Assembly: GCA_025201805.1 (NCBI GenBank)
Contig: MU619396.1
Span: 2,162-66,161, forward strand
DNA length: 64,000 nt
Source of the DNA: Parasitella parasitica NRRL 2501
Lineage: Eukaryota > Fungi > Mucoromycota
Direction: 5' to 3'
Shown: positions 40,911 to 51,983 of the stretch, piece after piece
Numbering within the stretch: the stretch's first letter is position 1
Layout: every line of letters starts with the position of its first letter
Made by a program: the position numbers and the translations under genes
Notes under the pieces: generated by a model
What the model saw: only the letters and a program-made list of their open reading frames with translations
Databases searched by the model: none
Told to the model about the DNA's origin: nothing

Positions 40911-42793
40911 TTAGAATGCTAGACCTTTGTCTCTCTTGATTTGTTTTAGATCAACGTCCTTCCACATTGCAACAGAAGCCCAAGTGATGGCATACATACA
41001 AGTGGCCGCAATCAACATATATCGCTGAGTCTCACTATAGGCCAGGTTTATAGCAATTTTTTCAGGGCTGCCAGCTGCATACGAGGATTGAACAGTGATT
41101 GAACCATAGATGGATTGTATATCACCTAAAGCGCTTGCTGGCAAGTACTTTGCAAGCTTGGTAGGGAAAATACCAGTCCACATGGCACCAGAGATAGCGG
41201 AACCAACTGCACTACCGATACTGATAATCATGTTTTCCATAGACAACACGGCAGCAACAAATTGGTGAGATGAAACAGCCATGACAGTCATTTGCTCACA
41301 GATAACCAAAGTGCCACCGCCAAAAGCAATGAAGATTTGGCACATAACAATGAAGCCGATGTTGACATCAGGCTGGCGGAACATGATCATCAAACCAACG
41401 CCTAAAATTGTGATGGGAACACCGAAATAAAAGGCTTGCCATTTCAATCTACCGTTATACATGATGACAAGACCCATAACGAGAGACCAAACGGTAGAAC
41501 CGATAGTATAAATATTCGTGATGTACGTAGCTTGACTGACGCTCAAGCTGTAGACGACAATCAAGTAAGAGTAAAAGAAACTGTCCCATAAATACCAAGC
41601 AAGATACAGACTGGCAGCCATAGTGTATGTAAAGAACACTGTTCTATCGGTCAACAAACTCCAAGGAATAAACGTAACAGGAGCTCCCCACTTTTCCCAG
41701 ATACCAAAGGCAATGATAAGCAATCCACCGAAAATTAAGAAGCAGATAATCAATGGAGAATTCCATTGATTAGGCTGGTAAGAATACAAATTGAATGATA
41801 ACAAGAATAATGCAAGACCAGCACAAATCAAAAGCAAGCCGATGACATCGAACTCTACAGCGTAGTAGTAACACGATTCTCTAATTGTTCTATTCGACTT
41901 AGGCTTGACAACAAGTCCAGCTTTGATAGCCTTGAGATAATTGTAGTAGAACAGACCAAACAAGGGAGAGGACACAACAGGAATAATGATGGCCCAGATA
42001 CCAAAGTTCCACCTGAAGCCAATGGTGTTGAGGATACTTTCAGCTGCAGGGCCATATGCCCACACTGTAACAATCCAAGGAGAAGCAGTAAAAGCAATCA
42101 CGAAGGCACGGTTCTTGAGAGAAGTGGTATCAGCAATGAAGATAGTCTGAGTAAAGTAAATGGTAGAAGAGCCAACTGAATAGAACACTTGAGCAGCGCA
42201 GTAGGTGGTAACATTTTGACAGCCGGCCATCATAATCAGACCTACAGTCATCGAACAAACCATAAGAGCAAAACCTTGGGGGCGACCCCAGACATTAAGG
42301 AGCTTTGCATAAGGCAAAACAATCAGGCCCGAAATCATGCTTGAAATAACCTGGGTTGTAGCTGTCAAAGAATGCTCCTGGAAAGAGCTCGTGACATAAG
42401 GAGTCAATGTACTGTTGATACCAGAAGATAAAGCCATAATAAAAGAAAGAAGCCATATTCTGTTTAACTCATGTTAATGTATGTGAATGAATAAAAGCGC
42501 ACTCAATGTCAAACTTACAAACCATAAGCCGTAATCAAGTGAGATTTGGACCAGACCTGCAAAGCAGCTTGCGCACTTTTTGCACCATATTGAAAATCTG
42601 TAGCGCTATCTTTATCGCTTGAATTATCTAGGCCATGAGAAGGGATATCTTCTTTTGTGTCCATGACAGAGTTACCATCACTCGCCACTCTTTTTTCATC
42701 GTGGACAGTTATAGTTGAGTCGACGGGAAGTTCTTTCTCATCGGATTTCACGAGGGCAGCAGCCGGAAAGATAGAAGGCAGACTGAACTTCAT
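40911..42793 (-). CDS. Siderophore-iron transporter, MFS ARN/SIT (Sit1/MirB-like)
   Basis: Motifs PYVTSSFQEHSL, AKLLNVWGRPQG, YCAAQVFY, IFIADTTSLKNRA, EFDVIG and INLAYSETQRYM. About 14 TM segments; one intron. Confidence 0.92.
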
Positions 42794-42855
42794 AATAGGA
42801 TATTTGAGAAGATTTTAAGATGAACAGAAGAAATTCAATCTCTTTTTATACAAGA

Positions 42856-42969
42856 ATCTGATAAATTTTATTTCAATAGTACCACAAGAAATCTGATAAT
42901 AAGTTAGTGCAATCTATAAATTTATTGGGACCAGTTGATTTTCAGAAGGAAATAATCGGATTATCAGAT
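42856..42969. promoter_or_regulatory. Cluster of ATCWGATAA iron-responsive GATA-factor (SreA/Urbs1/Fep1-type) sites
   Basis: ATCTGATAA at 42856-42864 and 42891-42899, and its reverse complement TTATCAGAT at 42961-42969. All lie within 180 bp of the transporter ATG. A fourth site, ATCAGATAA, is at 43680-43688. Confidence 0.75.
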
Positions 42970-44897
42970 CAAGGTTCCCCAAACTCTAATCGAAGTAGTA
43001 CCACTATTCCAACGCAACTTCTCTTTTCTTGTGCGATATTCCATAGCCTTGTATTACAGCCAATATTCGTGGAAAGACGTTCAAGTGTAACAGACGCATC
43101 TAATCTTTACAGGTTGACCTACTGGTGTTGATTACAATCAGAAAAATTGGAATTGATATGATTGCCAGCAGTAATATCTAAAGCAGACTATAAGAATTAG
43201 GACGTTACGTATACTAGAGCACACAAGATACATCTTAAAAATAATTACTGCTTTGCATAGACACGAACTTGTTTCGCTTAAAAATGAGCTCGTTTAACCG
43301 AGAAAGTGGACCCAGTTTCATTTGAAGATCAGTATCAGTAGATTATAAAAGCTTGGTTCGTCAGTAGATATGAAATTTAACATTTTTGTTATATAGAATA
43401 CATCAAAATATTCGGCAGAACTTAATAATTGATCACAAAAAATATTTTGAAAAATTCTTTCCATTGTACTACATATCCATCATTTTTTTCTTACAAATCA
43501 CCAAAAGTAACGGCGATGGATTTGCGATCGTTTAAGAATCATATAACTCGATGCTTTTGAATTTTTGCTTGAGAATCACGTAACTTCTGTAAAAACTAAG
43601 ATAGAGCAAAAAAGTAACATGTCAATGTTTCTATCCAGACGGGGATCTTTGTATAGATTAAAGACAGACATATAAAAGAATCAGATAAAGGAAGCACTCC
43701 ATGTGTATGACCATACTCAGTTTTAGTTTGGAAACACAAGATTAGGCTCTTTCAATCATATATTCAGACCGAACGTCCCCGGTCTCTGGTTATTGGTGCT
43801 ATTAAGCCTTCAAAAGTAATGAAATTGAGCCACGCTACCCTACCTGTTGGAATAGACGGAAGGGTTAAATTTTGACACAAGCGATTGCTTTCAGATCTTT
43901 ATAATCTTTTAGTACAGTTTTAGAGTAGATATTCAATTTATATGAATTTTTTTTAATGGATTGTTCATATTGTAAAACAACTAAGTGAAATTGTAAGATG
44001 ACCTCAAAGTTTCAATCTTTCTTTCCAAGACTAGAATTTGGCATAGAAATACGTGGATGAACATTGATTTCTAAAGGCAGTTTGAGCAATACCCTTGGTT
44101 AGCTGATATAAAATGCATCGCTCGTATTCCTTATTTTTTGTGCAGAGTTATGTGTTATTTTGTGTGATATAAATAATAGACGTTTTAATTTGTTAATCCA
44201 AAAAAACCAATAATTTACACGTCGAGTATCGTCTTCATAGTTCGCTTATAAAGTAATTCAAAATCGAAAAAAATAGACTTCGTTAATACAATAAAATGAA
44301 CGAAATTGAATACCCGTTTAGGCATATGCGATCTTAAAATTAAGTGTTTCATGGAATTACCTAAAAGCTCACTTCACTGAATCCCACATCAAGGGTTCTA
44401 CCAGCGGTTTCCACTCACCAGCTTTTATTTGAACTTATTACCTTTGCTAAAAAAAACGGGACATGTTAAACAACAGGACTTAGTTAACCAGCAGGATTTG
44501 AGTTTAATGTGATTCGAAATTATAATAATTCGCAAAAACTATAATTGATGGAGAATCTAGATACCTCAAATATACAGTTTGATTGAAAAGCTGCCAATGA
44601 TGGTTACGATAGCAATTTGTTAACAGTGCAACTAGAAAAATCGATATCGACATTGAATGATGCCAGCAGCAATCCCCTTATAATACTACTGTAGAGAGTC
44701 AAGCTTAACCAAGCTATTATTGACCACTGCACTGGAGAGGATCAAAGTCTATCCTTGTCAAGAATAGCTTGCTGTTAATTTTTAAATGTTTTACGGGATT
44801 CTAAAGATGCTTACACATTTGGGGCGAAAAATGTCTGGTCTACGATTCACACACGTTTTCGTTTTTTCTTTTTCTCAACTACGAAATAGCTGAAGCA

Positions 44898-46085
44898 ATG
44901 CAAATTCCAAACACGAAACACCCAATTCATCCTGTTTATCAAGCAGTATGCGACGAGCATAAGGCTCAAATAGCAGCAGCCTTCCAGCTGATGGGTGGCG
45001 ATAATGCCTCTCCTGAAAAGCATTATCAGGTTATTACGGAGCTTCGCGCTGCAGCAGACGAGTTTGCCAAAAGAGTACCTTTACCAGAAACCTGTCGATC
45101 CAGGCAAGAGGTTTTTGGTGGTCCCAATAACATAAAAATTGGGACCACAGTTTTCAGACCCGTTGGTAGTGAAAACGAGGTATTGCCTGTTACACTTTAC
45201 TTGTATGTTTCGTATACTCTTGCATTGCTTGTGAAACACAAACTAACTGCTTAGATAGCCATGGCGGAGGCTGGGTATTAGGAAGCGCAATAACACACGC
45301 TAAAATTGCAACTGAAGTAAGTTGTATATCTCGAGAATATGGAACAAAACAGGGCTGACAATCTTTTAGCTGTGTATCAAAGCTCACGCTGCAGTGATGC
45401 TTGTCGAATACAGCCTTAGCCCTGAGGTTCAATTTCCTATTGCCAACGAGCAAAGTTTTGCTGCCTTGTGCTGGCTTCGTGAACATGGCAAATCGATTAA
45501 TGTTAATCCCGATAAAATTACTGTAGCAGGAGATTCTGCTGGCGGCAACATGGCAGCTGTCATCTCAAGTAAGTCTTGAGAAAAAGGCAGGTACTTACCT
45601 TATATTAAGCTTGGTTTTGGATAGTGATGGCAAAAGATCGTGGTATGGAAGGGGCAATTAAGGCTCAAATTTTGATGTACCCTGCTGTTGGTGCAGACAT
45701 GGACTTGTATGGATCATACAAAACCTACGGTGGTGGTGAATGCTACCTTTCTATCAAAGAAGCAGAGAGATGTGCGGCTGCATATCTGCCCAAGCCAGCC
45801 ATTGAGCTTAATAATCGTTATGCCACACCAATTTTGGCTACAGAAGAGGAATTAAAGGGGCTACCACCTGCTTTAGTGTTGACGTGCGAGTGTGATATTC
45901 TTCGTGATGAAGGTGAAGCTTATGCTTCCAAGCTTCTTACTGCTGGAGTATCCACAGTCGGCGTCCGAGTTTTGGGTACCATTCATGCTTTCATGACAAC
46001 CCCAGTTCCTGACACACCTCAATATAACACTTCAATCAAGATGGTTTGTGATTTCATTCGAGAACATGTAGGATCTGCTAAATAA
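44898..46085 (+). CDS. Alpha/beta hydrolase fold-3 (GDXG/HSL family) esterase/lipase
   Basis: HGGGW oxyanion motif, GDSAGG nucleophile elbow, CDILRDEGEAYA (Asp) and GTIHAF (His). Three introns. Confidence 0.93.
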
Positions 46086-46442
46086 AGTATATTTCTCTAC
46101 AATAAATGATTCCACTCAGTGCTACGGTCTTGAATTTATTTGCAAAACATATACTTTATTCCCAAAAAAAAAAAAAAAAAAAAAAAAACCAGCTAAACTG
46201 TATGCAAGATTTTAACATTAATGATTACTCCAAATGACAATCGCTTATTATTTTAATTTTCTTGATTGATTGTTTGTCTTCAAGAAAACTTGAGCACAAA
46301 TAATAGGTAGCCATCATAAAATTACAGATATTTCACATCAAACCTGTAGTCAGAGTAAGGAAAATCGCATATACAATGCTCAATGTTTATTATCTAGTAC
46401 GATTTGCTACTCCTTGCTTCGAGTAATTTTGTTTAAAGCGGT

Positions 46443-46890
46443 TCACTCGTCGCCAAGAAGCTCGAAAGGGTTGCCTAGTACATGTACATTAGGTAAAATT
46501 CATTTTGAGCGATAAAAACTTACCGGTCTTCTTCTTTTCCTTTTTCTTTTCTACTTTATTGGTTTTGGCGAAATATCTAACGACATCGCTTTGGTTGGGC
46601 GTTTTAGTAACACCAGCGATAAAAACCATCTTCGAGGGAACAATGTTGGAAAACGGACTACCAGCTAAGGCCAAAAGAGTATTACAGTCATACTTGACAC
46701 GGTTACCTGTAATGAAGTAATAATAATTAAATAAATGTCTATGTGTCAGAAAATCTACTTCAAGATGTCCTGAAGACAAAAATCAAGATCTGAATTGATC
46801 GATCTATGATTGCTCAATCATCAACGTAATTTACATCATGAAGTTATCGTCTTGGCAAGGCATTAAAATTTTACCTTGTTCAGCATGCAT
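46443..46890 (-). CDS. eIF4E-binding protein (4E-BP)-like small protein, 76 aa, three coding exons
   Basis: Exons 46890-46875, 46706-46524 and 46474-46443 are joined by GT-AG introns. Product: MHAEQGNRVKYDCNTLLALAGSPFSNIVPSKMVFIAGVTKTPNQSDVVRYFAKTNKVEKKKEKKKTGNPFELLGDE*. It has YxxxxLL followed by SP...P....IAGVT, as in the 4E-BP core. Confidence 0.72.
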
Positions 46891-47029
46891 GATAACGAAC
46901 TATATGTATAGTTAGGACAAAGGGGTCAATACAAAAAACCAAATTGAAAAAATTTGATAAAAAAAAAAAAATCGAACGTACAAATCCACCCAATCAAATG
47001 ATGGTCTCCATTATAACATGTTGTTCCCT

Positions 47030-47080
47030 ACTTCATGCACTAATTTTCATACAAAAAAAAAAAAAACTTCATGCACTAAT
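47030..47080 (+). mobile_element. Poly(A) micro-insertion flanked by a 15-bp direct repeat (putative 5'-truncated retroposition footprint)
   Basis: ACTTCATGCACTAAT at 47030-47044 and 47066-47080 flanks TTTCATAC plus A13. Confidence 0.6.
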
Positions 47081-47125
47081 GATATATAACATGATCATTT
47101 AATTCCAGTAAAAATTATTGACATA

Positions 47126-48556
47126 TTAATGGGAGTTGGATTCTGGCTCTTTATTTAGAGTAGTGTCGCCAGATATGTTCTGCATGAGAGTAGTTGTATT
47201 TTGAGTGATTGTTTCTGGAGGTGAGAGACCCATTCTTCTTCTCATCGAAGTATTTTGATACGTGGCTTTAGCTTGCAATTTATCAATTAAGATACGATTT
47301 TCTTCAGGATTAAGTACTCTCAGCCGATTTCTTGATTCGTTTTCATTTGTTGATAATGTAAATACCGGGGGCATTGGCGGGGATGGAGAAAAACCTGCCT
47401 CTAATCGACTAATGTTAAATGTCTCTCTATTCCTTGACGACGGCACCATGAAAGGCTTCAAGGTCATGTTCTTTATGTTAGGATCACTTTTATGTTTTTG
47501 TTTGTTTTCCAAAGACTGCTGTTGATTCGCTGATGAAAAAGTATTAAAGTTTCTTGTCCGTGGATCTGTTGATCTAGCCAACATGTCGTTAGGGTTTGGT
47601 TTGTTCCATTGTGGAAATGCATTGATGATTGATGAACACGGTATATATTCCGACTGCTTTCCCTTTAGCAAATCTTTTGTGTTATTTCTTTGATCTTGCA
47701 TCGAAGATGCTGAATCTAGGACATGCAAGTTTGATAGTCCGTTGTTAAGCTCTTGGACTTCAGAGTCTTTACCTGGTGGAGAGGACAAACCAAGCTTTTC
47801 ATTCGGAGAGCATAGACTATACACTTGTTCAAATAAATCTTGGTTTCGTTTTCCACGAACTGGTGAAGATAAATCTGATTCCTGATTTGGTGGTGGGAAT
47901 GATGAGTCGTCTTTCTTCAATGGTGTCAAGTAAGAGAACTTCACGCTTGAATTTTCGCCACTTGAAGCTGATTGCCGGTTAATGCGACTTCTATGTTTTT
48001 GAGTTTTCAGTCTTTCTTCACCTTGCTTCTTAGCTATTCCAGAAAATTGGGATTCCATGTTTAAATCAGAAACTGTTATATTATATTTTCTAACGCATTT
48101 CGCATCTAAATCTTTGTAAGTTTTGAGAGTCGCATGAAGAGCTCGTATTTCTCGAGTTGCCATCTTTATCTGAGTCTCTTTTCCATCAAGTAAAGCGATG
48201 AATTTGTGCTCTCGAATAATATTTTTGATTACTTGTCTTTGAAGATATAAAACATCAATGTGATATTTTAATCGAACTGCTTCTTCTTTCGAATAGTTGG
48301 AGTCTTCCGCCGGAGTCCTCAGCATACTAATGTACTTTTGAGCGAGCTCCCTGTTAAAGTCTACAAAACCCAGAAGTTGTGCTACATATACATCGCTGTG
48401 AACGTAATCAATACTTCTCAGCTGTTGATTCAATCCATCATCAATTGATTTTTGCGATATCAGACGTTTGAAGGTGGCATTCATTTTTTTATCATCCTCA
48501 TTGTCATTAAAGCTTGTTAGTATAGAATGTGGTTTGTCTTGGCCATTACTAGTCAT
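47126..48556 (-). CDS. Hypothetical intronless protein (476 aa) with a helical N-terminal half and a disordered C-terminal half
   Basis: 1.4-kb uninterrupted ORF in AT-rich DNA; no recognised domain. Confidence 0.7.
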   Translation of the reverse strand: MTSNGQDKPHSILTSFNDNEDDKKMNATFKRLISQKSIDDGLNQQLRSIDYVHSDVYVAQLLGFVDFNRELAQKYISMLRTPAEDSNYSKEEAVRLKYHIDVLYLQRQVIKNIIREHKFIALLDGKETQIKMATREIRALHATLKTYKDLDAKCVRKYNITVSDLNMESQFSGIAKKQGEERLKTQKHRSRINRQSASSGENSSVKFSYLTPLKKDDSSFPPPNQESDLSSPVRGKRNQDLFEQVYSLCSPNEKLGLSSPPGKDSEVQELNNGLSNLHVLDSASSMQDQRNNTKDLLKGKQSEYIPCSSIINAFPQWNKPNPNDMLARSTDPRTRNFNTFSSANQQQSLENKQKHKSDPNIKNMTLKPFMVPSSRNRETFNISRLEAGFSPSPPMPPVFTLSTNENESRNRLRVLNPEENRILIDKLQAKATYQNTSMRRRMGLSPPETITQNTTTLMQNISGDTTLNKEPESNSH

Positions 48557-50097
48557 CTTTAATATATGGTTCAGAAGAATATCCGAAAAACAAGGGAAAA
48601 TACAGGAACTATTTTATCTCAAATACATTAGGTCAGATGGTTGTTAATTGAAAAAAAAAAGATCTCGAGTTTTTCTTCTCATGTTCAGAAATGCAAGATT
48701 TTGAATTCTATAATCATGCTGGTATTTCAATCCAAATGTAAATATTCCTATTTCTCACACGTTTAGATATTTATTTACATGATGATTGTTCCATTTTGAA
48801 TAATGTGTTAAACAAAGAAAAAAAGGCAGATATGATACCCAAATAACTACATTATGTTGGATTGATGAACGGAGAAGATGCGTAAACAAGATGAGATAAT
48901 TTATTTGCTTTAAAAATCGTACATTCGCTTTAGAAATGAGACAATTTATAAAATCCCTACTTGCATGATTATGGTATAGGTATCATAAGGCTGAAGTACT
49001 TGATATTTTTAATTAACAAATTATTCATTATTTTTCAACATTGACATATCACAATAATACCACATTGAGACTTAATCCGAGTTTAGTTCTTTGTAAATAT
49101 ATATTACAAACGTGCTATTATCGCATCAAGAAGAAACCTACTAGAAAAAGTGGTCATTCTACTATGTACTGTACATGCATTATATCACACTTGAGCTGGT
49201 TAACGCAGTCTCACCATGTCCAGCACATGTCGCTGCAGGCTTATTTCGTCTCTGCAAAGCTACTTTAAAGCTGTCATGTTTTCTATATTTTGTTTATTAA
49301 GACGATGCTCCTCCTATCATCCATGGTGATGAACTTTGATCTGCATATAATGATAGCAATGTTTCAGAATAGGAGCTTGCTGTCGCAAAATATTGCTTTA
49401 ACGATCAGCCATTAAACAATTGCAAAACTTATTTCTTACATTCGCAGATCTGTAAATAGTATATCTTGAAGTTACATTAAAGTTCCTCAGCAAGTGCATA
49501 GGCTTGTAGAACTAAAGCGCCTACAGTAAATTCATGTTTGTGGCTTGTTTGCAGCAAAAAAATAACATTGAGAGATCGTACTAAATATACTTGATAGAGA
49601 GAGCATAACGGAAGTCTTCCAGTAAAACTCTCACTATGCCCTTGGCCAACATTAGTCTTATTTAAACTTATATATGGTTGTGACCTTTATACATAAATTG
49701 CACACACATACTTGATAGTACTGATTTTGTCGCAGACTTAACTAAGTTCATTGTATTTTGGTAGAGTTGCACCAGATGGTGTGGAATGACAAAATAATTA
49801 GATAGAAATATGGGCCACGTCTACCAATAGGATCCATCTCTGTATCATATAAATCAAAGCTCGCCTCAAAAAGATGTCGTATAACCACATGCTACAACTT
49901 TTGATTTAATTCTTTTGATCCATCTTTGCATACACCAAATCTGGGCACAGTATATACCAATGGAAGAAGTAGGGAAACTTGTTCCCGAAAATTTACGACT
50001 CTCACGACTTTAACCCCGAACGACCTTGTGAATCTACATTATTAATATCGTGTTCATCCATTTTGCACTCTTTCAAACAATCAAGTACTATTTTACA

Positions 50098-50988
50098 ATG
50101 GCAAAACAATTTCTAGACTACTCGGTTGCCATGGTTACTCCTTTTACCGTTGACGGAGATTTTGATGCAAGCGCTGTTCCAGCACTTACAAGATACTACA
50201 TTGAGCAAGTAAAGGCACCTGGCTTATTAATCAGCGGGAGTACTGGCGAGCAACATTGCTTAACTATATCAGAGCGCAAAAAACTTTACGATCTAGTCGG
50301 CAAGTCTTCACCCGAGAAATATCCATTATATGCAGGCATTGCTACGTTCAAGACAAAAGATGCAGTAGAACTTGCTCAGGCAGCAGAAGAGAGCGGCTAC
50401 TCTGGAATTATGTTGGGCATTCCTCCATATCGTCTTCCTACACAAAGGGAACTTACCAGCTACGTTGAAGATGTAGCCAATGCTACTAAACTTCCAATTT
50501 TTTTGTACAATAACCCTAGAAGAAACACTGTGCAAGTTGAACCTACAACTTATGCTCATCTCGTCGAAACTGTCAAGAATAAAAATTTATGTGGTATCAA
50601 AGAAACTGGAATTGTTGCCAACGTCAAAAAGATCAAGGAGCTATTAGGGGACGAGGCGGCCGAGAAACAATCATTTTTCACAGGCAATGATGATATGTAT
50701 GTGGACCTTTTCACGAACCATGGCTTTACAGGGATTACTTCCATTGCTGGTGCTTTATTCCCTGAAGACGTGGCAAGCATGAATGCATATCTACAAAATG
50801 GCGAGACTAATAAGGCAGAGGAGGTTATGAAGTCGCTTCTACCAAAGATTCAGTTAATGCAAAAAGCTGGGTTTTTGCAAAGTCTTAAATATATCTTACG
50901 CAAACGAGGAGCTCCTGCCGGCTATTGCCCTGCGCCTCTTTTGGATCCCACCGACGAAAACAAGGAATTATTGGATGCTTTAGTCTAA
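50098..50988 (+). CDS. Dihydrodipicolinate synthase (DapA/NAL) family class I aldolase, intronless
   Basis: Motifs VAMVTPF, GSTGE, PPY, LYNNPRR (catalytic Tyr) and GIKET (Schiff-base Lys). ATG at 50098. Confidence 0.9.
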   Translation: MAKQFLDYSVAMVTPFTVDGDFDASAVPALTRYYIEQVKAPGLLISGSTGEQHCLTISERKKLYDLVGKSSPEKYPLYAGIATFKTKDAVELAQAAEESGYSGIMLGIPPYRLPTQRELTSYVEDVANATKLPIFLYNNPRRNTVQVEPTTYAHLVETVKNKNLCGIKETGIVANVKKIKELLGDEAAEKQSFFTGNDDMYVDLFTNHGFTGITSIAGALFPEDVASMNAYLQNGETNKAEEVMKSLLPKIQLMQKAGFLQSLKYILRKRGAPAGYCPAPLLDPTDENKELLDALV

Positions 50989-51079
50989 TTGAAGTGTATT
51001 TGTCGTTTTATTTTCAATAAACAAAGAATTTTACAAGGAAAAAAGTGGTTGCTCCAATCTATATGTTGTAACATTGCAT

Positions 51080-51983
51080 CTACCAGTTATAGAAAGATTT
51101 TGCGTTGTAGATTGGCTTGCTCTCATTCAGTTGCACCCAGGTCTTTTTGGGCTCCTTCCACCCTCTAATGTTTCTTCTTTCAGTCTTTGCGTCTGAAATA
51201 GCAGCAGCTTCCTTGAAGATAAACTTGATATGTGCCTCCTTGTGATGCATAATACCGAATTGGCCACGACCGTGAGGCTTTACACGTCTGACATATCGAC
51301 CCTTTCCGACCCATGCTTGTGCTGTCGAGAATGAGTTTAGCGTTAAGTTATCCCAGATTCTATACACCAGACACAGCAAAACTTACAAACAACCATGCTT
51401 TCCATCCCTTTTTGATCGGCAGCATTTTTTCTTGCAAATGCCAAGTTGTGTAAAATCTTTTTGGCCGAGCGTTTATCAGAAAATTCCATTTGACGGATGG
51501 CTTCCTCAACAGGAAGATTGCGTATTTGACGTGCGAGCATGTTCAATTTACGAGGACTTGTCTTGAAGTTTCTGGAAGAGAATCTATACTATAAGGCTGT
51601 TAATTTATACGCTTGTCTTTTATGGAAGACCTGTTCCAGTACTTCTTTTTCTGTCAACTTGTGATCTTGCTGTGCTAATTTTTCTTCAGCTTCAACTTGG
51701 ACATTATCAAACAAGGAAGAAGCCCCAATTTGAGGTCTTTCGGGTGTAGGTTGTGTGGCTGATCGAAGAGCTGAAGTAGAGAAACTAGAGAAATGTATGA
51801 GGTTTCGAGACTTCAATCGTTGCAAAAATAAACGTAGATTTACTTTGATTGCAGGGCTCTGATGCAATTAAAAGTGGTAGTTGTCTTGAAAGGCTGCAAT
51901 GCCTTGAAGGTTGAGGCTATTTTCAATGTTTTAACTCAAATATACGGCTTTTCATGATCTGAAGTTAACCTACTTAAAGACAT
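51080..51983 (-). CDS. MRPL22: Mitochondrial ribosomal protein uL22m
   Basis: Motifs NFKTSPRKLNMLARQIRNLPVEEAIRQMEFSDKR and AWVGKGRYVRRVKPHGRGQFG. Multi-exon with a presequence. Confidence 0.92.

Noticed and set aside
43861-43868. AGGGTTAA resembling a piggyBac right end
   Set aside because: No matching TTAACCCT left end or transposase seen.
46746-46823. Possible box C/D snoRNA in the 168-nt intron of the 4E-BP-like gene (TGATGA...CTGA on the minus strand)
   Set aside because: No terminal stem or recognisable rRNA guide. The CTGA is only ~40 nt from the acceptor and may be the branch site (CTGAC). A snoscan or Infernal run would be needed.
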